A DNA stretch of 54,216 nt, filler included, from Streblomastix strix (lineage: Eukaryota), in NCBI GenBank assembly GCA_008636045.1. It is 3 parts of 3 records of this genome, joined end to end, with 100 filler letters (N's around TTAATTAATTAA, not from the genome) between each part and the next. Parts side by side here need not be neighbours in the genome. Positions count along the whole stretch, not along the records: positions 18,109 to 36,115 come from SNRW01000650.1; positions 36,216 to 54,216 come from SNRW01000651.1; 1 more part is not named here. One strand, given 5' to 3'. This document shows, piece by piece, positions 27,962-40,967 of this stretch. Each line of letters opens with the position of its first letter. Positions within the stretch are counted from its first letter, which is position 1. The notes under the pieces are model-generated. The model had not been told where the DNA came from. It was given only the letters and a program-made list of their open reading frames with translations, and did not search any database. Both the position numbers and the translations under genes were made by a program.

Positions 27962-30223
27962 TCAAACATCAGCACAAAGAGATTCTAAGAGCTTTGAAAC
28001 GCATCCACTTACTGCATTATTATCACTAGATCCCTGACCATCCATTATATCAGTTCCTTCAACATTAATACGGATTGAATTCGGTTCTTTTATTTCATTA
28101 CCCAATTGTTATCCTATTTTACTTGCTTTATTTATATCCTATTCTTTTATATCTGGTGATTTATCTAATTTACTTAAATCAACTTCTTCATATTCATATT
28201 CAGATCCTTCTTCTTCTAACTCCTATTAGTTTTATTAATCTCCAGTCTGATTTTTTTTCTTTTCTCTATATTTAACTTACTAATTATCTTTATCTTTCTT
28301 TTATGAATGATGGCTATGCTATTATGATCTGTGTGAGTGTGTATGGGTATGATTATTGGTTTGTATACTATTTCCATGACTGTCTTTTGTAGATTGAGTT
28401 CTATGTGATATACGAGAATGGTGTGTGTTTAGTGATTTATGAGATTTATGAGAATTACATGATTTGCGAGAATTGTGCGATTTATTCGATAGTTGTGATT
28501 TATTCGACTTTGTATTTGTATAAGAAAGTTCGTGTGAATTATTATGTGAATGCTTATGTTTATGCTAATTTGAATGTTAATGTGTATGATGAGCATCTGG
28601 TGAATGTCTATTCTTACGTGATACATGCTTCTTATGATATTTATGGCTTTATACTCCATCCAAGCCGACTCTCTCAGAGATGTATGAGCTTGAATACGAT
28701 GAAGATGACACTGTAGTAGCTGGAGAAGATGATGAATATGATCGACTTCTTTCTTTTGATGCTGATTTTGAATGGGATTTTGATAGAGATTTTGAATGTG
28801 ATTTTGATTGAGATTTTGATTGAGATTAAGTGTGATGTGATTTATTAGATGATTTTGAATTTGAATTGGAATTGGAATGTGAATGAATGTGTGAGTGTTT
28901 AGATGATCTTTTTGATCTTCCTCGAGTGTGAGTATGAATATGTTTGTGATTATTACTTTACATACTTCGCTAGGCTTTATTTTTATCTTATTTATCAATA
29001 TCATTATAACTATCGTTTTCTCCTTATGTAATATATATTTTTCCTTATTAATCTAATTCTTATTTATCATCTTATTATTCTTATTATTCTTCCTCGTTCA
29101 TTTTCCTTTCTAATTCAAGCCATTTCTTTCTTCCCTTTTCTTATTCTTCTTGTTTCATCTTCTATCGTTTTAGTGCTTACTGTTTGAGTTCTTCAAATTC
29201 TTTCAAATCTTTTTTATTTGTTTAATTTTCGTTATCTATTTTCTAAGAATTTTACTTTTTCAAATCAATTTCAATTCTGTTTACTCTTTAATTCAGCTTT
29301 GCAATCTCATTTAAAACGAAATTTGTACTTTCTTCTGTTTTTTCAATTCTCTCAGACATCGAATCAACTTTCTTGTTCAACAGCAGCAACATTTCCATCA
29401 GTTTGGAAGTCGCACTCACCGCTTATTGTATATTTTCAGCATCAACAATGCTCTAATTCTATTCATATTATTGCATTTATTTCATTTACTGTATTTTTTG
29501 CTATTATAATTCATCTTCAGCTATTTTTTACTGTTCCCAGCTAATGAATCTTTATTTCGCCTATTGAATCTCTCTCATCCTTTCATACTCTTATTGCTTC
29601 AAGAATTTATCTTTCGCTCTTTCTTATTCTTTGATCTGAATCCTTCTTTCATTCCATTTCTTATCTTTTATCTTCTATTTCTCAATTTCATCCTATTTCG
29701 CTTTCTCTTATTCATTTCGCTTAATTTGTTGTATTTATGCAGCGAGGGTTGGTTTCAGTAGATGTGGAGATGGTGAACGAGGAATTTGGGTGTGTGAAGC
29801 TCCTTGTTATATTAATAGAGAGTTTTAATCTTTGCAGAATCTGAGCAACAAGATCACGAAATCTAATTTGTTGTCCACAAATCCAGCGGGTTTCAGGAAT
29901 TAATCGTATTTGATGATGGGGTTGTATTTGAATTCGTCTCGCATCAGTCGGAAAATCTCTTGGGCAAATTCGGCATCGGGTTTGCGTAGATTATACTTCC
30001 TTTCTTTAAGCCATGCACGTAAAGCAGCTGTTTAACAAAGAACAAAATTACAAATTCGAAGTAGCGCGACTGGATTTCCTTCTTTCAAACTATACGAAAT
30101 AAACTTTAGGTTAACAAATATAAATAGTGCATACTCTCTGTCCGTGAAATATTCTTTGCATTCCAGACGCTAAAGTTCAGTGCGGATCTTTCCAATTTTT
30201 GCATCGATCTCGAAATTATTCAT
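27962..30223 (-). CDS. CEP44: CEP44-domain centriolar protein with coiled-coil and His/Ser/Lys-rich tail (~738 aa)
   Basis: MNNFEIDAKIGKIRTELQRLEC..DLKEGNPVALLRICNFVL..KPDAEFAQEIFRLMRDEFKYNPIIKYDQFL..GFVDNKLDFV matches the CEP44 N-terminal pattern (GDP, D.RF...YKLLRDQFNYKP....QF...GF.E.K). A 45-bp intron at 30090-30134 gives a spliced length divisible by 3. Confidence 0.85.
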
Positions 30224-31087
30224 TACCTGAATTTATTATTCAAAATTTAAATTCAAAATAAAATAATAATGTTGAATATTTGATGTTATTTAACTAAATT
30301 TGTTTTTAAAAATAATTTTTTGGTGAAATGAGCTATATTAATTTATAGAAAAAATTGAATCGTTATTAAAGTCTGACTTTTAGTTTAAAATAAGTATATA
30401 AGTGAGAATAATTTATAATAAATATTTAAATTTATATAAATAAACAATAAAAATAGAATTTATTCTTGATCATGGATAAAATTATAATTTTTAAAAAAAA
30501 ATCAGAATAACTCTATTAATACGGAGATATTTATCATTTCATGATTAATATTGAATATATAATTCATTAATAAACAAAAAACATGTAGGATATCAAACAA
30601 ATATATTCGTTTTACTTGATAATTAGATTTTAATAATTATTTGATTTCGTAGCAGTTCATATTCCAGCAATTTTTTTAAGCTCCGGAATATTGAATATGT
30701 CTGTAAAGAATTTTTATAAACAAAAATTTGTAAAACACTGATTAAATTTCAAGTTCAGATTGTATTCAAAATTTAATTTTTGATATTTAATAACTTGATC
30801 TGGTTTATATATTAATTGAAAAATTTGAAAAGAGCCCAATATTCACTACCTTCAACTGTTCCGTCAACGCCAGAAATAATTGATTAATGAGTTGAACATA
30901 TTTATTGTAAAATTAGTATACTTGACCGTTATAAATTGATTTAATAATAAGTTGTGAAAATGTACAAACAATAAAAATAATTTTTGTTATATTGATTGAA
31001 AAACAAACATTTATTATTATTATTTTTATTATTCTATAATAAAACGATTTTTAAATTAGTTCGGACTATAAATAATACTGATCAAAA

Positions 31088-33146
31088 TCACAGCTATTCA
31101 TCTATATGCTGTTCTGATGTTTTGAAGAGACAGTTTTAAATTGTTTCTAAAGCCATTTTTGCATACACTCTAATGTAATCTTTATTAATAAATTATGCAA
31201 CAATCTCTTCAGATCCTCCTTCTTGTTCAATTTACTCCTCTGACTTTCTTAGTAATTCTATATATTAATGAAGTGGAAATAATAATTGTTATTTTGGATA
31301 TTCAAATATATAATTCTGTAGAGCTTGATGGAATTTAATAATAGAGATTAATATGTTGATAATATCTTTATTATTATGAGTATAAAACATGCGATCTGAT
31401 CTTACTACCTCAATAAGCATTTGAACATATCCACTATTCGATAATTAAATTATTGTTGTTTCATCTCCATTTTCTCGAAGTTCATCCAAGCACCAACGAC
31501 TTTTTTCTCTGATATTAATTGTCATTTATTTTATCTCTTTATAATTCAATTACTAGTTATTATTGTATTAACTAAGTAGTATAAGAGATGGGATAAGTTC
31601 TGTTCTTTATATTGCAATTTTACAATTAGAAAAATTTTCATTGAGTAAAGAATATAGAAGAGCTAATGATGCATTAATAAAAGAAAGATATTAAGTATTA
31701 ATTGGTTTTTAATAATCAATGGTTATAGTATTGCGACCTACCAATGAATTTGAGAAAGAAATTAAAGGAATTACCAGATGTGATATGATTGAATGAAATG
31801 ATGTTAAATATTTTTTGACTTCATTATTATTAATTGAGAGATTTCCAAGAACATTGAATGATTGTGTTTACAATGCTTGAATTTATAGATTACTATCAAT
31901 AACAATTTAATTAGGGCAATGAATTTCTTCAGGGCAATTGAAATGAATTAAGTTTGTAATATTATTTTGAATATTCAGGTTAGAAATTAAGAATTTTTTA
32001 TTGTTGTAATTATCAATTGTAATCAAGAGTGAATTTATTGTTTAAATCATATTATCAATCTTTTCTTATTCTAAATTTCCATTATTTAAGTTTTAAATCA
32101 GGCTTTAAACATTTTCCTGTAGAAATTAAATGCATATCTTCAGCAAGTTAATATCAATTACTTGCCATCTCATAATAAATAAGTAGCTTCGAACTAGACT
32201 TTCATAGTATAAGGAGAATTAGCTGTTCAATTTTTAACATAAGTCTCTATTTTCATATTAACTTCTTATTAGACTTTCAATCTTTGCTATTAATCCAGAA
32301 TTATTCATCTCATCAAATAAAAATGATCTCCAACTTCTTGTTTAATACTCATATAATTTAGGCATATCAGACATTTTCTCGCTCAATAGCTCAATTATTC
32401 TTATAAGTGATTATTCAGTTGATGTTGACAGATCTTTCATATTTAATTAGATTATTTCAAATGTGTTTTAATCAAATATTAAAAGAAGTTAATATTTATT
32501 CATAATCTTAACCTGCTGATAAAGGATAATCAGTACTTTTGATTATTCAATTTCAGTTAATGTTTTGGAAGATAATATAGAATGAATTGTTAACTCTTAA
32601 TTAACTGATTATTAGAAAAATAAATTAAAAACAATCAAAAACAAAAATTATGAATATAGAAAGAATAAATATTATTAATTTATAACTTTCATGTGCAAGA
32701 ACAGCAGAACAATTTTCAATAACAGATACATAAATGAAGTTTCCATCTAATTCACTTAAATCGAGTAATTCTGCAGCTTTTTCTGCTTCTTCTTAATTAT
32801 TCAAATTCACGAACCCAAATCCTCTGTTCAGACCGTTCAAATTAGGAATAAGGACAGAAACATCTGTAAAGGTTTAATTGAAGTGCATCTTCAGTTATTC
32901 TTCTGTTGTACACTTGCTCATATTATATGCTAACAACTATGTTTGAGTAATAGCTGAATAAGTGAATATTTAAATATGAACTTTTATATAAGGAAAATTT
33001 TATTTATTATTCATACATTTAACAAATTCTTTCTATATATTTTAAGTTACTTAAGATACATTAGATAATAGAGGTGAAATTTTCTCATAATTTTGAGCAT
33101 TTGTTTATTAATCCAGAACAACTGTTTTGCATTCTTGAATATTCAT
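31088..33146 (-). CDS. RRM domain plus lineage-specific helical repeat protein
   Basis: LLAYNMSKCTTEEQLKMHF..RGFGFVNL (RNP1)..AEKAAELLDLSELDG. C-terminus is ELLRKSEEQIEQEGGSEEIVAQ...TGA. Two apparent introns. Confidence 0.75.
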
Positions 33147-33794
33147 TTGATGAAAAAGTTTAATTGTTTACTCTAATTTTGAACTTTATATTGTATATAA
33201 TAATATATGAATGGATAAAAAAAAGAGAATAATAAAATCAATTTTTAACTAAATTTAATATTAGAAAAATTGCAATTTTGTGAAGATATTTGAAGCACAT
33301 TAAGATTAAAATTTACATTTAATACAAAAAATAGTTAAAACCAAAATATATTCAAAATTCAATGAAATTATAACAATTATATTTGATTGTTCAAGTGAAA
33401 ACTGCAAATATTTGAAAAAAATTGCAATTTTAATGAATTATGAATAAAAAATAGTATATGTTGAATTGAACCACAAATTGTTAAATAGTAAAGTGAATAT
33501 AGCCGAATTAATCGAATATTTTCTAAGATAATACTCTTGTAAAGCTGAAAATTTAATTTGAACAAATAAAAGAAAATTTCCTAATTAATTAAGAATTTTT
33601 TAGTAATTCAATAAGATTAATAATTTAAATTAAACTATACATTAATTCTAATGTCAAGTTATGTTTATAGTTCAAATAATATTGAAAATACGCCATTAAA
33701 ATCGGCGAATATCCTTGCCTACAATGTTTACTTACTCTAGACAGATATTGTATAGTATGATACGCCAAATAATATTTAATTTTAATGTTGGACA

Positions 33795-34755
33795 AAAGCG
33801 CATTTAAGAGCGCTAAACGCGCGCTGCGCAAAATTAAAAGAGCTCTAATTAAAATTTTCCAATCAATAAATAAAGAAAAAAAGGCGAAATTTTTTTCTGT
33901 CAATAAATAATTATTTTATTATTTGAGTTAATAATACTTATCAATTAGACAAATTATATATTTTATTCTTAAACAGCGTAGATGTTATTCATTATTAATC
34001 TGAATTGAACGTGTTTTAAATTAAAGTTGACTTTTCGCGCTCAATTTACTCCGCTCATACAAATGTATTTAGCGTCATTATTGATATAAATAATAGATAT
34101 TAGTTCATTAATTGATAAATCGTTGTCAAACTTAAAAAATATTTAATTTTCATCGAGAATTTAATGCTCCGCGCTTTACGGCGCTTTTTGCAGCATTTTT
34201 ATGCGCTTTTTACAGCATTTTTAAGTGCTTTTTAGATTTTTCAGAAATAAAGGGAGTATTTATATTCGTATATGTAAGTATTTGTAAATTTTGTGAATAT
34301 TTAATAAAATTATAGATGTTTGATATTTTGTAATCCTTTGGATATTGAGTAAAAACTGATACAAAATGTAATTTTTTAAAAAGGTGCATTTATGCTATCT
34401 TTTCTTGGATAAAATGTATCAAATATTAATTTATATTAAATTTAATTTGATATCAATTTCATAGCAGAATTAATGATATTATTTATAGTAATTATTGACA
34501 GTCGCTGAGAATCAAATGAAAATTGTAAAAAGTAATTTTTGATGGATTTCATATATGCCAAACTTTGATTTTAATCAAAATTTAATTCAGATCTTCAAAA
34601 AAATAAATTTCTTTATATAAACATTATAATTCATGATAATTAATACTAATCAATATAAAACTTATATAAAAATTTAATTTTATGAATTTAAGACGTTTTA
34701 AGATTTTTTTTAATGCGCTGAGACGCGCGCAGCAAATTAATTTACAGCGTTTTAA
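33795..34755. repeat. Clusters of short GCGC/T-tract repeats in a non-coding region
   Basis: 34171-34235 has ~22-bp units GCGCTTTTT(G/A)CAGCATTTTTA. Related GCGCT..ACGCGCGC.GC..AAATTA motifs occur at ~33810 and ~34715. Confidence 0.55.
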
Positions 34756-36115
34756 ACCAACACTATTTAATTTTCATCAATACATTACTTTTTTATTCCT
34801 CTTTAGAAGAATTAAAAAAAGTTTATAAAATGTTGTTTAATTCTCGCAAGTTGAATCATTTTTTCTTCATCATCATACCAGGCAGTATGTGAGAATATTA
34901 CACTATTTAATATATTATCTTGTTTCGCTTCTGCTTATTTCAATTTTTAGGCAATATTTCCACTAATTTTATTGAGACGAATCAAGTTTCTATCTTTTTG
35001 ACAGACTTTATATCAAATTAATTGGAATATTTTCTTTGATCTGTTTGCTTGTATCAGAACTGCATCACTTAAAAATTATGTTACAAATATTAATATTTAT
35101 TAGAAGAATCTATCCATTATTCAATTTGATTTATTAATTGGGTTAAAATCTGAGCTTTCTGTAAAGTCCTATAAGATATGTACGATGGGTCATTTTTGAG
35201 TTATTAATAAATTTTTGATCCATGACCCAAGTCTCATAGGATTTTGAACTCCATGATATATGTAAATTAGAAAGTTATCGAGAAACAGAAGGCTTTTTAT
35301 TTTTTGAGCAAAATTTTAGGATAAAAGAATTATATTGTAATTGTTAATAAATTGCATTATAATTAATGATAAATGTAAAATTATTAAATTTGTATAATAT
35401 AAATGACACTTATGGCCAAGATTAAAGACAACTTCCATAGGCTGATTTTTTATGAACAGTTTCACTATCATCTCAATTTTAATTTTCATAATTAAAATTA
35501 TTTCTTTTAATTTTCTGAAGAAATAATGCTAATAAAATAACAATTGACGTCATTTACTGCTTCGCTGCTTCGGAATCATTTTAAGAAATTTCAGAAATAA
35601 AATGACTAATTTGTATAATGTATTCAACCATAAACTACTTAAATCAAGTTAATTTATTATATTTATATTTTTATTGGATTTAACTATACAATTATATATT
35701 TTTAATTATTATTAATCGGCAGAATTGACTTTCAAGAAAAAAATTACACGCTGACCAACATAAATTAATAAAACAATTCATTTATGTATTTCTACAAATT
35801 CCTTTGACGTAAACAACAAATAAACATGAAAATATCAAATAATTTATACATTTAAAATTAGGGTTGTTTTTTCAAATTTTTAGTTCCAACTTTACTTATA
35901 ATAATAATAAAATTAAGTCATAAATATTTTCTTTCATTCGCCCCTGATTCATATAAATTTCCAGAAAATTAGAAGCATTTAAACAATTAGTTATGTTAAA
36001 AATTCCTTAATTTTTTCTCCTGATTCAAGCATCAATTACTATTTTAATAGCTTAAATTTAATTAATTTTTGGAGCGAGGCGCACATTTTCTGAACCATTT
36101 TCTTTATCTCAGCCT

Positions 36116-36215
36116 NNNNNNNNNNNNNNNNNNNNNNNNNNNNNNNNNNNNNNNNNNNNTTAATTAATTAANNNNNNNNNNNNNNNNNNNNNNNNNNNNN
36201 NNNNNNNNNNNNNNN
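36116..36215. other. Artificial contig linker (44 N + TTAATTAATTAA + 44 N)
   Basis: Same structure as 18009-18108. Confidence 0.97.
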
Positions 36216-36649
36216 AAAATTTAGAGATTTTACTCTGAAAGCAATAATGAAAGAAAATGAAGAATGAGCTGAAGCATTTGTTGTGACTGTTACTTATATG
36301 AGTAAAACTAGCTCTAAAGACAGAATGATGAAAGACGTCAATTTTACAAGTCAAAACAATTTTTTTAAATTTATTTTTTGTTCTATTAATGTTTAATTTT
36401 ATTAGATTGTTAATTTCTAATTCCTCTACATAAAATACAAATGCATATGCCAATCTTTGTAGGAATGATCGATACAGTTAGAGAGACTGATATCAAATTT
36501 GGAATGAAATTGATCCATGAAACGAGGAGTTTCATTTTCATTCGTTGGAGGATTATTGATCCATGAGTAATAAAATATTTGTTTTGTAAAATGAAATAAA
36601 ACTCGAGTGTATTTGGAAATTTATTTAAATATTCAATTTACATAACCAT

Positions 36650-37400
36650 TTGACTGATTATGCTGCAGACCAATATAGCTCATGCAAACAGTAGTTGTTT
36701 AATAGAGTATTACGAGTGTCTATAGCTATGGGTTAGTATTCCTATTGTTAGCATCCGTATTTTGTAAAAATAACAAAAAAATGATAAGGAAAAATTACTT
36801 TTTTATCTTCGTTGCATTTTTTGTGGTGAAAACCCATTTATTAAATTAGGTAGGAAAAGTCCATCTTTGCTCAAAGGTGAGGTTCATTTCTTACTCATTC
36901 TTCGAGTAATTATGTTTTTTTTATACTCGAGCTTCCTACTTTATGCTTGTTTGACTTTGTTTCTACTGTCATAAACAAAATATCATCATCATCTTGATCA
37001 TACTATTGTTCATTGTCATTAGTTGAATCTGTCAGTTCTGCAAATTTTATAATAAAATAAAACTCCACAATTGAGAGTAATATAAATTGTTCTTGTAAAT
37101 AATGAATTATTTGAATAAAATGAGAGATAATTTTTATAAATATATTTTATTAAATTTTGGCGGGTAACAGTATCTGCTTATATTACACTCTGCTGATCCG
37201 TGCGCATAACCTGTAAATTTATTATGCTACAGATCAGCCATTCTTCTTGTAGTTATGTTCATTAATATGGCTAAGATAATTTTTTATAATTCATATTATT
37301 CCATTTCATTTATTTACTCGACTCTTCGTCAAATGTTTCTATGAAGATCATCGGTATTGTACGTTTCTCTCTAACTATTCTTTTTGGAAGTATCTTTTTT
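36650..37400 (-). mobile_element. 3' remnant of a DIRS-like element (partial tyrosine recombinase plus terminal region)
   Basis: The reverse complement matches ~44510-44600 and ~44970-45550 (e.g. GAGAAACGTACAA..CGATGATCTTC, ACCTTTGAG.AAAGATGGACTTT). It encodes ETYNTDDL...ILMNITTRRMADL. Confidence 0.85.
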
Positions 37401-37409
37401 TGTTTCATG

Positions 37410-38503
37410 GCGTAAAATTTACGATGGAAAATTTAATATTTTTTGAAAAATTATCATACCAATGATAGCTTCTTCATTTTCCATGTTGAAACACACATTA
37501 TTAATATCGAATTTAATAAATCTTGCATCCTTAATCTAACTAGTTGATTTTGTAAGTCTTCTTTCATCAGGAGCTTTTCCTTCCATATTAACAAGTCTAA
37601 CTGAAAATGCATTATAATTAGTTCAATCCGTATTTAATAAAAAACTAGATCTGGCTTTTCTGGAGGAGTCATTTAATATGCAAAATGTTTGTTAGTTATT
37701 TTATTAGTCTTATTTAACAATATAACATTCAAATCGTATAAGAAATATTAGGTCTACAACTATAAATATAATGATGCATAGTTACGTGTTAATACTGGAA
37801 ATGATTTGAATATTAGATTTTACTAATTTTAATCAAGTACTCCATCTTTTGCTATTGGATATCGAATTAAATAATTAAAGCTTCCAGCAACAAAATGTTC
37901 AGTGGGAATATCTATAAAAATTTCGCAAAGTCTTCTGCCTCTAACTATAGATTCTAATGATGATACACTCACAGAATTTTTAGTACATTAATCTGATAAT
38001 GAATTTGCAACTTTCACAGCTTATTCTCTTGCTCATATTGTAGTTTCCATAGTTTTGTATTATCTTTACAGATAGCAATTTATAAAAATGGGCCACAAGT
38101 TGTTAAAGGACCAAATCTAAAGTTTTATAAGTTCATTTTCATTAATTGGTTATTGATTAACTTCTACAACAATTTCAATAGTAACAGTCCAATCTACACT
38201 AGGATTATCTAATCCACTGAAATTTACTCTAACTCTTGCTCTCGCCTTTGTATTTGCAGGCGTATCTAACCCTGTAACTAAATTAAGTTATTGAACCAAT
38301 CTCTCTTTAGGAATAGTTATTTACTAATAAATTTAACATGATTGTACAATTGAGCAAGTTCTCATTCCTCTAGCCATTAATGGAACTCTTGTATATCTTT
38401 TTCCACCATTTGTAAGTTAATTAATAGGTTAATCAAATAATTCTTATCTACATAGATTAAAATTCTATGGATGAATAGATGCTTATCTCAGTATTTCAGA
38501 CAT
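37410..38503 (-). pseudogene. Putative major capsid protein of a Polinton-like endogenous virus, decayed and 3'-truncated
   Basis: Intronless, beta-strand-rich ORF MSEILRQASIHPQ..KRYTRVPLMARGMR..ARVRVNFSGLDNPSVDWTVTIEI..IFIDIP..FPVLTRNYASLYLQL, with an in-frame TGA and a frameshift. It neighbours the pVI-like and fibre-like ORFs. The capsid call is inference from context. Confidence 0.45.
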
Positions 38504-38667
38504 CGTTAAATATGAAGATATATAATCAGAATACTAAACGTGAGCTAATTTCTATATATAATCTCTTGCTGAGAAACTCATTAAATTTGATTTACTTAGA
38601 ATTTAAAACAACGTGCACGTTTTATTATTCAAACAAATATACGAATAAGAAATTCAAATATAAATTA

Positions 38668-38904
38668 ATGGGATTTTTCAGTGGTTTGAAGAATTTCGGA
38701 AGTAAGATATTAGGTGGTATTAAGAAAGTTGCGAGCTGGGTTGCGCCTACGCTTCACAAAGTAATGGAAACACTAAGTCGACGAGTCAGTACGATAAATT
38801 CATGGGTAGGTTAGATCATAGGAACTGTCGGTAATATCGCAGGTGGAATATATAGACACTTAAATAAAAGATAATTACATTCTTCGCCATTGCAAATGCA
38901 ATGA
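38668..38904 (+). CDS. Small amphipathic, adenovirus protein VI-like putative membrane-lytic protein
   Basis: MGFFSGLKNFGSKILGGIKKVASWVAPTLHKVMETLSRRVSTINSWVGQIIGTVGNIAGGIYRHLNKR(Q..)TGA: Gly-2 and a basic amphipathic helix. Confidence 0.65.
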
Positions 38905-39299
38905 TAATTAATATCTTATAAAATATTAGACACTTATTTTTCTAATAATAAATTCAATATTTGCTAAGGATGATTTATATTACTTTGCATAAACACTTGG
39001 AAAAGCAAATAATGCCTCTGATTATGAAGTGCTATAAATATTTGAAGCATTGATTGAGGATAAGGAATTAGATGGTTTTCAATAATAGTACTATGAATAG
39101 AAAAAATAAGAATGCAATGAAAGATTTGAAATTATTCGTAATGAAACATAATATGTCATAAGTTATCTTCACAACTTAGATAAGCTATGTTGTGTTAATT
39201 GATATTATACACAATATAGTTGATTATCATTATCCATGACAAATTAATTATATATATTTATTTTTCATTATTAGTTGCTTATGTTATAATATATTTCTT

Positions 39300-39623
39300 T
39301 ATTTATTATTATAGTTATTGACTCAAACCCATCTTCTTCTTGACTTGATTGTGTTCACTTGCACAATATTTATTATTCTCACTATATACTTTATTTTTAT
39401 ACTCTTCATCATCTACAAACTATTTCATTGAGTATAATTTACTTTATTATGTTGTGATTTACTTACTAATTCTTATTACCTCCTTAGGTAAAATATATTA
39501 AGAATCTTACTTACTTTTCATTAGCAGATTTTATAGTGTTTCTGTCGATGTTCTTATTAAATCTTCGTCTTCATAATTTGTTTTTGCAAATTCAGTGAAT
39601 AATTATTTAAATGGTTTTGACAT
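39300..39623 (-). CDS. Hypothetical ORF within the viral remnant
   Basis: MSKPFKQLFTEFAKTNYEDEDLIRTSTETLQNLLMK...; intronless, end approximate. Confidence 0.35.
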
Positions 39624-39661
39624 GTTTCTAGGAAAAATAAATTAAACATTGATTATAATAA

Positions 39662-40260
39662 TCATGGAGGAACTGATCCTAATGGTACTGGTATTGCTCG
39701 CCAATATACTTTAACTCCATCACTATAAAATCCTTCTTCAGTTCCAATGATACTAACTCCACATAAAATTGGATTTCCAGCTGAGTAATTAACTGACCCA
39801 TTATTCGCACTTCCAGTTGTACCAATTCCAGCTATTACACTACAATTGAAAGATAATGTGTTTCCATCAGCATATACAACTAACCCTCTATTTATATTAT
39901 CAGCATCAGTACTAAAACATATTTTCAAACTTAAATATGAATTTGTTGTATATATTTACCATTAATTTGCTTATATACCATAATTTTAATTAACGTCCAC
40001 ACCAAGATATATTGCACTATTTCCTTACGCTGGTGACTTATCAATTCGTAACCATAACCGTATGAAGAATTATCAACAGGACTTATTTATACTGGTACTC
40101 TAAATATATTCTGAAATAAGTTAAACATACTAGAATTGCCTGTTGGTAAAGCGCTAACTGCAGCAGTATAGAGTACATAAGATAATGTAAATTTAGCCAA
40201 ACTCTAATTGGTTTATTTAATGATTACTTAATTTGACCATACATATAATCTAGCCCATAG
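39662..40260 (-). pseudogene. Fibre/spike-like protein, C-terminal fragment
   Basis: Gly/Ser/Asn-rich beta repeats: LRIDKSPAQGNSAI, RGLVVYADGNTLSFN, GSVNYSAGNPIL..GFYSDGVKVYWRAIPVPLGSVPP-TGA. Frameshifted upstream. Confidence 0.5.
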
Positions 40261-40967
40261 TTCACTAAATCTTTTAGCACTTATACAAAAATATATAAAA
40301 AAACATGCATCTATTCCATAATTCATATTTAACTAAAATTTATATTATCATGTTTTTATTCATTCATTGGAATTTCACTCAATAAATGGATTTTATTTCC
40401 GATATTTGATTAATCTTCCATATTTTCCTTCTTTTGTTATCTGGGTGGTTCCGCTCTCAAGCATCATTAATGTTTTTTTAATATAAAAATATTTAAAATA
40501 ATTTTAGAATTTATTTTGATAAATGTAAAAAACATATTTATGCACATTTCGAAAAAAGCGCGAAAAAAATAATTCCGATTTATTTTTATGAATCTGGTTG
40601 TATTTATCACCAATATGTATCCAAACTTATTTATTTATTTTTAAAATATATTTATTATATAATATTACAGTTTCCGCGGCTTAGGAGGCAGAAAATTTAT
40701 TTTTTTATTTTTTTTCATTTTTTGCAGTTGTTTTGATTGATTTTGTTGTTTTTATGTTAATTATTTTTATACATTATTTTTTATAGTTATTTAATAATAT
40801 AAAGACATAATTTAATAGTTGTACATTGTAAAATTGCGTTTTTTTATTTTTTTTGCAAATTTTTTTAACAGTATTATGATTTTTACTTTTATGAACACTT
40901 ATTTGATTTGTGTATATTGTTGTCATTTAATTTTGTGTTTAAATAAAATTAAAAAGTATCAAATAAA

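Noticed and set aside
28075..29761. Hydrophobic track ORFs as membrane proteins (also 50570-51429)
   Set aside because: They are antisense or off-frame shadows of charged, Q-rich genes on the minus strand.
34800..35500. Degenerate minus-strand coding fragment as a transposase
   Set aside because: Multiple stops and no recognisable catalytic motif.
35857..35866. TTAGGG telomeric seed
   Set aside because: Only one copy, as expected by chance.
40820..40870. Inverted terminal repeat pairing with ~45380-45415 of the DIRS element
   Set aside because: The similarity is weak and confined to AT-rich sequence; it cannot be supported by eye.
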